A DNA stretch of 64,000 nt from an uncultured Gemmatimonadaceae bacterium (GTDB lineage Bacteria > Gemmatimonadota > Gemmatimonadetes > Gemmatimonadales > Gemmatimonadaceae): assembly GCA_963822945.1 (NCBI GenBank), contig CAWGJO010000035.1, positions 35,008-99,007 on the forward strand. The letters run 5' to 3'. This document shows, piece by piece, positions 51,547 through 62,081 of the stretch. Made by a program: the position numbers and the translations under genes. Numbering within the stretch: position 1 is the stretch's first letter; every line of letters starts with the position of its first letter. The notes under the pieces were generated by a model. The model did no database searches and was not told the origin of the DNA. It saw only the letters and a list, made by a program, of their open reading frames with translations.

Positions 51547-51562
51547 TGCAACATATGTGCCA
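51547..51562 (-). promoter_or_regulatory. sigma54 -24/-12 promoter of the nucleotide-sugar operon
   Basis: Perfect TGGCAC-ATATG-TTGCA on the minus strand, about 65 bp upstream of ATG 51482. Confidence 0.78.
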
Positions 51563-52762
51563 ATTTTGACCCGCCATCAGGACTGGCTGACGCGTGGCCG
51601 CAGCAAACCGCAGCAAACGTCCCGCCAGAATGCCAGCTCCCCATCAGTAGCCCGTGGACTTGTGATCCGAGGATCCACCAAACGGACCGACTTTGGTGCA
51701 GAAAGTGCCATTGGCTGCGAACGCGGTCGAACACCTCAATCCACAAAGTTTAAAGCGGTCTCACCGGCCCCGACCGGTAGACGTCGGCCTTGAGGCGAAG
51801 GTGTGAGTGGCAGCAACTCCGCGCCCTCGCTCTTGATCGGCCCCCTTGACGCCCATCTAGACGCTGTGCCTGGTGCGCGGGACATGCCCGAACTCGCGGA
51901 GTATCTGTCCGAATCGCTCCCCCCGGCGATCCGGGGCCGAACTCGCGCTTCCAGCCGTCACCGGGAATCCTCCGACCGTTGGGCTTGACGGCCGCAACAC
52001 GCGGTCGTGTGGTACGCGTCGTCGAGGTTGACGCGAAGGAGGCGACGTGGCCCCGGGCTCGCCACGGCGGAGTTGCAGGCCCTGCTAATGACCACTTGCG
52101 CGTGGCGGACCGTCTTCGAAAGGGAGCCTCCTGCCCCGGCCCCGGCGCAATATTAGCCTCTTCCGAGGCGGGCGTGTGCTTGCGCCACCCCGGGGCTAAC
52201 TCGCCCTGCCGGATCCGGCGGATGACCATCTGTCGCGTGGTCGGAGTCAGCGATACTGCCTTGTGGGTTTTCTCTGAGCCCTCTGGCAGTTGCCGGTAGA
52301 CGGGTTTGACAATGCCAACTTGGCACCGCTACGGTTCCGCGAGCAACCTCTACGCTGATTGCAGCCGCACGGTACACTTCGCCCGTTGGGCAAGCGTCGC
52401 GACGATCTGCACCGGCATCCGCAGGACGCCGGTGCACGACGCCGCCACCGACGGCGTCCCCTGAGTGGTTCGGCTTTCTGAGCGAGGGGCAGGACTCCTC
52501 TCGCGACCAACTAGAGTGACATGGTTGCATTTCCTTTCCAGCCCGTTGAAATTTGCTCCCAATTCGCACTCGCTGTCGCCGGCGTCGCTCCCCTCGCGAT
52601 CTTCGACGAGTCGACGCATCGACACGAACGTCTCGCGGACTGGTTCGACTGCCACGACCGTCTGATTCACTGCCTCTAGCCGCGGCCTCAGGCCGGACCG
52701 ATGAACGAGAGCGTGCGGGCCATCGCCGATTCCCTTCCCGTGCCCGAACGGCAGCCCTGTTC

Positions 52763-54124
52763 ATGCCTGCGCCGCAACACGTGAAGGGCACTCCCGGAGT
52801 GCAACCGCCGCATCCTGTGCGTGCCGGCGATCGCCGCCTTCTGGTGATTACGTATCACTTCCCACCCGACGGGTCGGTGGGGGGGCTCCGCTGGGCGGGA
52901 CTGTCGAAGTATCTCGCTCGGCGTGGATGGGAGGTCCACGTGATTACCTCCGCGACTCCAGACGCCGCGACCGCGCAGGCCGGGGTCGTCGTACACCACA
53001 TTCCACGACGGCGAACCCTCAACGACCACTACCAAGCCACCGTGGTGCGGCGCCGGCGTGCGCGAAATGCCGCGGCTCCGACGACCCACGATCCGGCGCC
53101 ATCGCCTGCCGCCGCGCCTCACCCCTTCCGCCAGCCGCTGACGTGGCTCCGCAAGAGCATGGGCACCGCGCTGGCCTTTCCGGACGTCGGACGCGGCTGG
53201 ATCGTGCGCGCCGGCATGGCCGCGCGCGCTCAACTTCGCCAACGGGAGTTCGCCGCGGTGATCAGCAGCGGCCCCCCGCATTCCGCCCACCTGGCCAACC
53301 TGATCGCCTGCGCGGGGCTCCCCGGAAAGATGTGGGTCGACATGCGCGACCCGTGGTCGGAACCGGCATTCACGCGGGCGGCGCACGCGTTGGACCGGTT
53401 CGATGGGACGATCCACCTCATACGGACCCTGGAGCGGCTCGTCGTCCGGCGAGCGAGCCGCATCGTGGTCAACACGCCCGAGTTCGGCGCCCACATGCGC
53501 GACAAGTATCCCGCCGCGCCCATCGCCGTGGTCAGCAACGGAATCGACGTGGAGGGGCTGCCGCCCGCGGCGGATTCCAAATTCGACGGGCTGTCGATCG
53601 CATACGCCGGATCGCTGTATTTCAATCGGAACCTCACGCCCGTCATCAACGCGCTCGAGGCGTTCTTCGCCGCCCACCCCGACGCACGGGATGCCGTCAA
53701 GCTGCGGCTGGCCGGCAACATGGAACCCGAACACGTAACGCGGTTCTGGAGTGAAGTGGAAGCCGCAAGTCTGCACGGCAACGTCGAGCTGCTGGGGCAG
53801 CTGCCACGCGCGGATGCGATGGACCTCATCAATCGCTCTCACCTGTCACTCGTCCTTGCCCAGGACCAGCGCGTTCAGGTGCCGGCCAAGCTCTACGAGT
53901 GCGTGGCGATGGGGATCCCGACCCTGGTGATTGCGGAACCGTCTAGTGCGGCAGCGCGCGAAGGACAGCGCATCGGCGCGATCGCCTGCGATCCGGCGGA
54001 CGTATCCGGCATCCAGAGCCTCATCGAGCGGTTGTGGCTGGACCGCGATGCCGGGGCCCCGGCGACTGCGTCGATCGGATACGATGCCATCTCCGGGCAG
54101 ATGGCGGCGTTACTGAATAGCTGA
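52763..54124 (+). CDS. Glycosyltransferase family 4
   Basis: ITYHFPP, SGPPHS, DMRDPW, NGID, YAGSL, PAKLYE; start uncertain. Confidence 0.88.
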   Translation: MPAPQHVKGTPGVQPPHPVRAGDRRLLVITYHFPPDGSVGGLRWAGLSKYLARRGWEVHVITSATPDAATAQAGVVVHHIPRRRTLNDHYQATVVRRRRARNAAAPTTHDPAPSPAAAPHPFRQPLTWLRKSMGTALAFPDVGRGWIVRAGMAARAQLRQREFAAVISSGPPHSAHLANLIACAGLPGKMWVDMRDPWSEPAFTRAAHALDRFDGTIHLIRTLERLVVRRASRIVVNTPEFGAHMRDKYPAAPIAVVSNGIDVEGLPPAADSKFDGLSIAYAGSLYFNRNLTPVINALEAFFAAHPDARDAVKLRLAGNMEPEHVTRFWSEVEAASLHGNVELLGQLPRADAMDLINRSHLSLVLAQDQRVQVPAKLYECVAMGIPTLVIAEPSSAAAREGQRIGAIACDPADVSGIQSLIERLWLDRDAGAPATASIGYDAISGQMAALLNS

Positions 54125-54148
54125 CCGACTGGTCCGATCTGAACCGCC

Positions 54149-54877
54149 CTACCGTTCCTCCGCTTCCGCTCCCATTCGCCGCCTTGCCAGCGCCACGACC
54201 TCCGCGGTTGCAAGAGCGACGGCTGCCACGGTGGTCGGCGATGCGTGCACGGAGCAGACCGACACGTCGACGCGATCGGCCCCCAGTGACAGGCTGACGG
54301 CACGAACGGTGTCTCCTTGGCCGGCGTCGATCGTCGCCGGGGGAATCGACAGTCCCACCCCCAATGCTTTGAGACAGGCCTCCTTTCCGGTCCAGCATTC
54401 CAGAAATCGACGGTCCCGCGTGGCGTCGGTTCCACCACCGGACCAGTACCCCCTCTCGGCTTCCGTGAAGTGGTCGTGCACCAGCGCCTCGGCGTCCACA
54501 ACCGGACGGACCTGCTCGATGTCCACGCCGACGGGCTGTCGTTCGCTGACGGCAACTAGCGCCTCGCCCTCGCTGTGGCTCAGGTTGAACTCCAGTCCGC
54601 CCCCAGGGAGTTCCGGCTTCCCAAACTCGTTCACGTGCAACCGCAGATGTTTGTCCGAAGCGCCGAGGGCCCGCACGAGCAGCCCGTTCAAGGCGTGCCG
54701 CGCGGCGAGAAACCGGAGGCCCTGCCGGCGACTCGACATTCGCCCCGCCCGCTCGACATCCGCGGCTTCCAGGCCCTGCAGCGGCACCAGGTTTGCATAG
54801 GTATCGAGGTCCACCCACCAGAGACGAACCGCCGCCGGCAGGCCATGCGAAACGCTGTGAAGATATGGAAGACTCAT
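54149..54877 (-). CDS. Sfp-type 4'-phosphopantetheinyl transferase
   Basis: GKP, FNLSHS, VGVDIE, WTGKEACLKALGVG. Confidence 0.92.
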   Translation of the reverse strand: MSLPYLHSVSHGLPAAVRLWWVDLDTYANLVPLQGLEAADVERAGRMSSRRQGLRFLAARHALNGLLVRALGASDKHLRLHVNEFGKPELPGGGLEFNLSHSEGEALVAVSERQPVGVDIEQVRPVVDAEALVHDHFTEAERGYWSGGGTDATRDRRFLECWTGKEACLKALGVGLSIPPATIDAGQGDTVRAVSLSLGADRVDVSVCSVHASPTTVAAVALATAEVVALARRRMGAEAEER

Positions 54878-55039
54878 GCTCGGACTCCCGTGCGACTGGC
54901 GCCACCCAGCATGAGGGCGGCATCGAAGGGCGCGTGTGGCCGACGGTGAAGCGCACCCGTAAGTTGACCGAAACACCCCCAATGCGGAATGAAAGGCGGC
55001 GCAACGACTCCGGAGCGCCCCGGGAGACAGCGTCCCCTC

Positions 55040-57900
55040 ATGGCCCAGTCTGAGACCGAGCAACTCCTGCACCGGCAATTCGAGGAGCAAGCCCGGAAGA
55101 CCCCCGGCGGCATCGCGCTGTACGAGGGGGACCGCGCGGTCACATTCGCGGAGCTCGACGCCCGCGCCACGGAAGTGGCCCGGCCGCTTCGCGCCCGCGG
55201 GATCGGCTTCGGGTGCGCCGTGGGGATCCACGTGGAACGTTCCATCGCATGGGTCGTCAGCCTGTTGGGCATCCTGAAGACCAATGCCGCCGTGATGCCG
55301 CTGCCGCCCTCCTACCCCCCGGGGCGCCTGCGCGACATCCTCGTCCATGCCGAACTCGACGCGGTCATTGACGACGCCGCGTCACCCCTGGATCGATCGC
55401 TGACCGCGCAGGTGGTGGAATTCGCCGAGTTGCGCTCGCATTCCAGTGGCCCGACGGATGCGCCCTCCGGCAATCCGGGACAGCCGGCACTCATCCTCTG
55501 CTCTTCGGGATCGACCGGTACACCGAAGATGATCGTGCGCAGTCACGCGTCCTTCCAGCACCGCCTACACTGGACTTGGGAACAACATCCCTACGCCAGC
55601 GACGAGTTGTGTTGTCAGAAGGCGCATGCCACCACCACCCACGGGATCTACGAGCTCTTTGAACCGTTGTTGCGTGGCGTGCCGGTGGTGCTCCTCTCCG
55701 ACGAGGAGGCCCGGGATCTGGAGGGTTTCTGGGACACCATCCGGACACGGGGAATTTCGCGTCTGCTCATTGTCCCTTCGGCGCTGCAGTCCAGTCTCGA
55801 GATGCCGGGCTTCAAACCTCCACCGCTTCGCGTCTTGGTGCTCATGGGCGAGTACCTGAACCCACGACTCGCCGCTCGCGCCGTGAGGGCCTTTCCGCCG
55901 GCCACGCACCTCTACTCGATCTACGGCAGCACCGAGGCGAGTTCCACCCTCGTTTGCGATCTGCGGGAGTCGGTTGCGCCCGGACGAGAACTCCCGCTCG
56001 GGAAGCCGATCTCGCCTGCCGTCCAGACGCCGGTTCTCAACCCCGACCTCACCCCGGTCGCGCCGGGTACCGCGGGGCGGCTCTTCATCGCGGGCTCGGC
56101 CCTGTTCTCGGGGTACTTCCGGAATCCCGAGCAGACGTCGGCGGTGCTCCGCAGCCGTCCAGGGCACGACGGTCCGCTCTACGATACCCACGACCAGGTG
56201 CGGCTCTCGCAGGACGGCAACCTGGAATTCATCGGTCGGGTTGACGACACGGTGAAGATTCGCGGGTTCCGCGTCGACCTGCAGGAGGTGGAGCGCGCAC
56301 TCCTCGGCCAGCCCGGCGTGAGCGCGGCGGCGGCGCTTGTCGGAACTGGCGCGCCGGGCGGGGACACGCTACTCGCGTTCGTGACGCCGGCTGGGCTCGA
56401 TCGGGGCGCGATCTACGCGCACGCTCCGCGACCGCCTGCCGAGCTACATGATTCCCTCGTCGCTGACCGGCCTGGACGCCTTTCCGCTGACGGCGCGCGG
56501 CAAGCTGGATCGCGCGCGCCTGCTCGAGATTCACGCCTCGCCGGGCAACCCCAGCAGACGAGGCAAGTCGGCCGCGGTCCGAAACCGAGCGCCGTGTCGC
56601 GGCGGTGTTTACGGGCGTGCTGGGTCACGCCGCGTATGCACTCGACAGCAGCTTCTTCGAAGCGGGGGGGACGTCGCTCACGGTGTTCGCGCTCGTGCAC
56701 CGCCTTCGTGCCGCCTTCGGGCTCGATCGCACCCGACTCCCCGAACAGATCGTGTACCGCTTTTCCACCGTCGAGGCGCTGGCTGGGTATCTGGACCGCA
56801 TCGAGCGCGGAGGAGCGCCGGGACCAGCCGGCGCGGCCCCGATCCTGGTCACGATGCGTCAGGGCACGGACGCAGGCCTCGCGCCCTTTTTCCTGGTTGC
56901 CTCGGCGGGCGGCACGCTGGGCGCATACGAGAAACTGGCCGCCATGATGACGACGCCGCGGGAAATCGTCGGGGTGCGGGACCCGTTCATCTGGGGCGAG
57001 CGGGAACTCGATGAGGGGTTCCACCGCTGGGTGACCCGCTACGTCGACGCGATCCGCGAACGGCAGCCCCATGGACCGTACTACGTGGGTGCGTACTCGT
57101 CGGCCGGCTCGTTCGGGTACGAGATCGCGCGTCGCCTGCGCGCGCAGGGTGAGGAGGTGGCGCTCCTCGTGCTCATCGACCCGTTGGCCCTGGATCGTCG
57201 CAACCGCGGGCGGTTCGGGTGGTGGGCCCTCCGGGCCACCTGGGACCGGTCTCCGGTGCGGGCGGCAGTGAAGCTGGCCGGGTGGCTGCGCGTCCCCCTG
57301 TACCGTACGCTCTGGGCCCGGCAATCGGCCATCGTGAACGACGCCACCCCATCCGCCGACGAAGTGCAGCGACTCGCCGGACAGGCGACCCGTGACCGGC
57401 ATCACCTGCAGAATTTCGCCGCGCTCCTCGAGTTGAACACCGGGCTTCCCTTCGCCCTCACCGATGCGGACTTTGCCAGCGTGCCCCCCGATCGTTACCT
57501 GTCCGTCCTGCAGGGGCGCATCGCGAGGCTGATGCCTGAGGTGGATGCAGCGAGCATCGAACGAATCGTGATCCAGTACACGTTCCAGGTGCGGGCCCAG
57601 CACGCCTATCAGCTTCAACCATATGACGGACGGGTGTTCCTCGCGGAGCCGGCGACGCGCTATCGCGGCGTTGCAGCGGCGCATCTGCGCCCCTACCTCC
57701 GGAATCTACAGGTTCGCTCGATACCATTGAGCGCTCCTTCAGCCAGGACGCAGGTAATCACCGAACGGTTCGGCGCCATCGAAGCTCACTACAGGAGCAT
57801 GCGGGACGATGGGTTCGTGCGACAATTGGCGCAGGAAATTGATCGGCGGCTCGCATCACCCCGGTCGACCTCGAGTTACCCCGCAGCAACCCGATTCTAA
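55040..57900 (+). CDS. Stand-alone NRPS-like A-T-TE enzyme (frameshifts near 56420 and 56570)
   Basis: A domain: SSGSTGTPK, YGSTE, GRVDDTVKIRGFRV, LPSYMIP, RGKLDR. T domain: FFEAGGTSL. TE domain: GPYYVGAYSSAG, LVLID, late His (AHY). Confidence 0.85.
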
Positions 57901-58203
57901 TTGAATTTCACCCCCTGGCGACGTAGCTTGACGGTAATTCGTCCACCGTCGTCTGGCGATGGCTGCGCGGGGGACGGAAAGAGCGACGACCCCGAAGAGA
58001 CCGTTCCCCCCAACGACGTGGCCGGTCGAGGCTGCGTGTGTTTGACGCCAAGAGCCGCCGCGTAGGCCTCGGGCGATGGCTTCCCTGCCTCGGATCCAGA
58101 ATCCGAGCGGGGGTGACTCGGCCGGACCAACGTAGCGAGGATCCGACGTGACAGAGCTGGCTCGCGGCCTTTCCACCAACGTGCGCGCACTGTGCTGCGG
58201 TGA

Positions 58204-59027
58204 TGCTGGCTGTCGGCTCAAGCGAAACTCTCCCGTAGCGCGATCCCGCAGCGAGGCGGATTCGCGACCGTGACGCTCACGACGTACGGCCCTCGCCAGC
58301 GGGCCGCGATGTTGGTGGTCGATTCGCTGGCACGCAGAAGGCTTCGGTCATGGCGTCTGATCCACTTCCTCGCTGGCACAAGTTGCGACTGCCGTCGGCT
58401 GCCGTTTCCGCTCGCGGTGCGGACCAGGCGCTGGGTGAACGTCGTGTGACTCGAGGAGGACTTCGGGTCCCACAAGAAGCTGCCACTGTTCACGAGCTGG
58501 TGTCCTTCGGCCGCCCACATGCCGGTGATCACGATGGACGACGACGTGCTGTATCCGTCAGACAGGCTGGAGCGATTCAGGGCAGAAGCCGCCGACAGCA
58601 CGAGCGATGTGTCGTGCTACCGCGCCCGCCGCATCACGTTCGGCAACGACGGCGGGTTCGCACCATATCAGGATTGGGAGTTCGTCGCGACGGCAAGTCA
58701 CGACACGACGTGTTGCCGAATGGAGCGTACGGCGTGCTCTATCGCCGCGAGGCTCTGGAGGCCATTCGCGACAAGGGCCTGGCCTTCCGGGAGTTGGCGC
58801 CGAACGCCGACGACCTCTGGTTCCGCCTGTGCACCCTGGAGCACGGAATCGAAGCCCGGACCCTGAAAGGGGGACAGACGGTCTGCGCCGCCGTGCCGTT
58901 CACCGAGGAATCGGCGCTCTGGCCCGGCAATGCGTTGGGCGGGGGAAATGACCAGAAGCTCTCCCGCATCGTGCCCTTGTTCGACCTCTCTCCGCTGGAC
59001 GAGGAGCAGGGCTCCGCACCGCGCTGA
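58204..59027 (+). CDS. GT-A-like glycosyltransferase (frameshifted, start unresolved)
   Basis: VTLTTYGPR, DFGSHKKL, ITMDDDVLYP, GAYGVLY, ADDLWF across frames. Confidence 0.65.
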
Positions 59028-59152
59028 CGCCCGCGGGGAAGCTCGGCCGCGACGAAATGCGTGAACCCGCAGTCCTGGTTCGTGGGGGCGCATCAGGATG
59101 CGCCCGTCTCGAGATTGAATCCCATGCCGGTTGCCCGTCGCAAGTGCACGCG

Positions 59153-60868
59153 CTACCCGCGGCCCAACCACCGCTTCACCTGTTGCATTACCGCCGGCCC
59201 GAGCACCCCACGTGTCGCCTCGCGGGCGACCGCCACTGCGCGCGCGCGTTGCATGCCGAATGAATCGCCCACCGGCACCTCCACCACCGTGACACCCCGG
59301 GGTTCTGCCCACCGCTCGGCCGGCATAGACTCGAAGGGGAAGAAGTCGCAGCCGAGGGCCCGCGCCAGACCCTCCACCGGCACCCGCCCCACAGACACCC
59401 CGTGCGCGTGGCCGTAGTCGAGCAGTTGGTGATCCCGGATCTGCCCATACGCGCCATCGGCGAATACGACAACGGTCAACGCGAGGCCCTCCCGCACTGC
59501 CGTCGCCAGCTCCAGACCCGACATGAGAAATCCGCCGTCGCCAATCACCGCGACAACGGGTCGCTGCGGCGCCGCGAGCTTCGCGGCAATCGCCGCTGGC
59601 AGGCCGAAGCCCATCGACTGCAGATCACTTGGCATCAGCAACCCACCGGGCGCCAGGACGTCGTAATACCGGCGCACGAGCCCCTGATGCCGCCCCGTGT
59701 CCGTGACCAGGATCGCCTCGCGCGGCAATCGCGACCGAAGGTCTCCGACGAGTGCCGCCGCCGTGCCCTGCTCCGTGCCGCCGACCCGGGGCTCCGTACG
59801 CTGGACTCCCTGCCCTCGCATCCGCTCGCACCATCCGGCCAGGACCTCCGGCGACCAGCCCCGCGGCGCCTGCGGGCCGAGGTCCTCCGCGAGCAATGCG
59901 GCCAGAAACGGCCCGGTGGACGCGCTGATCACGTCGGCCATCTCATAGTTGGCACCGAGCACCGCCCGGTCGGCATCCACGTGCACCGTGCGATCGGCTG
60001 GGAATCGCAGCGCGAAGCCCGCCGTCCCGTTGTGGCCGAGCTTCGCCCCCAGAACCAGCACCGCGTCGGCTTCCAGCATCAAAGCGTTCAGCGCATCGGG
60101 ACCGGCACGCGGGCTGTCGTAGCCCAGCGCCAGACGGTGGTCTTCGGGCAGCGTCCCCCGGCCGGACGGCGTGGTCGCCACCGGCGCGCCGATGCGCTCG
60201 GCGAGCTGAGCGACCGCGCCGGCGGCCGATCGCGCGCCCTGGCCGACGAAGAGGACAACCCGGTGCGCGTCGCGGATTCGCATCGCCACGCGGCGTACCG
60301 CAGTAGGGTCGGGAGGCGCGGCAGCAGTCGGCGCCACCGACGACACGACGTCCGGTGCACGCCCCGCCAGCGCCTCGGGATGAAGTTCCACCACCACCGG
60401 TCCCGGCTCGCCATCCAGGGCCAGCGCGTGCGCCTGAGCGACGGCACCGGCCATCTCACCGGCGCTCCGCACCTCGATCACCCGCTTCGCGAGCGGGGCG
60501 ACGATGGCGCGCTGGTCTATGGCCTGAAGGTTGAACGTCCGACCGGGCCCGACGGCCGGCGCTCCCACGACATGGACCACCGCCGCCGAGTCGAGCCGCG
60601 CCTCGGCGAGCCCGGTGAGTGCGTACGTGAACCCGGGACCGGATCGTCGACCAGCACGCCGACGCGCCCAGAGACGCGGAAGTACGCACCGGCCATGAAG
60701 CTCGCCGCCAGTTCGTGCGTGGGCACTACGGCCGCCAGTTGGGAGCGGCGGAGCGCCTCGAACAGTGGCACGTTCTGCGCGCCCGGCAGGCCGAACACGT
60801 GCCGCACACCGAGTTGCTTCCAGCGCCGAGCAGAGAATTTCGAGCCCCGGGCGGTCGACCGCGCTCAT
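59153..60868 (-). CDS. Thiamine-pyrophosphate-dependent enzyme, acetolactate synthase-like (frameshifted)
   Basis: VFGLPG, HELAASFMA, GPG, GPVVVE, SMGFGLPAAIAA, GDGGFLM. Confidence 0.85.
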   Translation of the reverse strand: MSAVDRPGLEILCSALEATRCAARVRPAGRAERATVRGAPPLPTGGRSAHARTGGELHGRCVLPRLWARRRAGRRSGPGFTYALTGLAEARLDSAAVVHVVGAPAVGPGRTFNLQAIDQRAIVAPLAKRVIEVRSAGEMAGAVAQAHALALDGEPGPVVVELHPEALAGRAPDVVSSVAPTAAAPPDPTAVRRVAMRIRDAHRVVLFVGQGARSAAGAVAQLAERIGAPVATTPSGRGTLPEDHRLALGYDSPRAGPDALNALMLEADAVLVLGAKLGHNGTAGFALRFPADRTVHVDADRAVLGANYEMADVISASTGPFLAALLAEDLGPQAPRGWSPEVLAGWCERMRGQGVQRTEPRVGGTEQGTAAALVGDLRSRLPREAILVTDTGRHQGLVRRYYDVLAPGGLLMPSDLQSMGFGLPAAIAAKLAAPQRPVVAVIGDGGFLMSGLELATAVREGLALTVVVFADGAYGQIRDHQLLDYGHAHGVSVGRVPVEGLARALGCDFFPFESMPAERWAEPRGVTVVEVPVGDSFGMQRARAVAVAREATRGVLGPAVMQQVKRWLGRG

Positions 60869-62081
60869 CCGCCCTCCACCCCGCGCCACACGGCGAATGC
60901 GATGCCGGGTCCAACGGACGCCTCCCCGGCCGAGCTTCCGAGCCTGGCGCGCCCCATGCCGCCGACGAGGCTCACAGCCGGCCACGGGTCGCTCCACCGG
61001 AATACAGGCTGCTGGGTACCCAGGAGGTCGCCCACCCATGCCGCCGAACCGCGCCACGCTCCATCCGTCGCCCCGGGATGCATAGTAGTCGTAGTATGGA
61101 TACATGCACGTGGCCCCCACGCGGTAACGCGTCACCGCCTCCACCGGGAGCCCGAGCGCGTCGCGGCAGTAGGCGCCCACCACATCTGCGCCTGCGCGAA
61201 CGGCGAAGTCCACATACCACCACGGACGCGCATTCACCTCCAGGAGCTTGAATTCGCCGTCGCGGTCGTCGCGCTTGAATTCGGCGCTGAAGATCCCCCG
61301 GTAGTGCAGATGCGCCAGCAACGCCTCCATCGATGCCGTCGCCCCCGAGACCTCTTCCAGCCGGACGCTCGCAAAGTACGTGCTGTTGCCGAAGTCCGCC
61401 GGGTACATGCGCAGACGCCTGCGCGCGAACCAGATGCGCGCGACGCCGTGGACGTCCACAAAGCCCTCGACGTAGTAGTGGCGGCTCGCCGGCCCCGGAA
61501 CGTACTCCTGGAGGACCACGGAGAACCCGGCGGCCTCGATCTCGCGCAACCGGGCAACGGCGTCATCACGCGAGGCGACGCGAAATCCCTTGACGTTGAA
61601 CCGCGCGAAGAACCGCTGTGAATCACGCGGCTTCAGAAACGTCGTGCCGGAGAGCACCAAGGCCGGGACCCGCTCGAGGTCGGCAACCGAGCCAATCGCC
61701 TCGGTGTGCGGGTGCGGAACGCCCGCGGCCTGCATCGCCTCCGCGAACCGCAGCTTGTCCACCAGCGTTTCGACGACGGCCACCGGGGGAACGCAGGCGG
61801 GGAATCGATCGCGCAGGCCCGGCTCGAGCTCGGCGATCGCGGTGACCCAGTTGTCCGAGCACGGTACCAGCAGAGCCCGCGGAATCGGGAGCGCCGACAG
61901 GTACTCGGCAAGACTCACGCCCTCGGCTCGCGGCGGCGCCGCTCGATACCACCGCGACCAGCGCACGAAGTCCTCGCGGTCGGACACGGCAAGGGCGCGG
62001 AATCCCCGACCGTCGCAGGGCACGGAGGACGCCGAGTTGCGTCACGCCGCTCCCAAACACGAGCGCCGGCAACTGACTCAC
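60865..62081 (-). CDS. ATP-grasp carboxylate-amine ligase (frameshifted)
   Basis: LVPCSD, DKLRF, FLKP, QEYVPG, EFKRDDRDGEFKLLEVNARPW; GTGA/ATGA coupling to both neighbours. Confidence 0.82.

Noticed and set aside
51695..51712. Second sigma54 site (TGGCACTTTCTGCA, minus strand)
   Set aside because: GG-to-GC spacing is 2 nt too short.
59153..62023. 956-aa ATP-grasp/TPP fusion shown in the ORF track
   Set aside because: Produced by frameshifts; an ATGA overlap at 60865-60868 indicates two genes.
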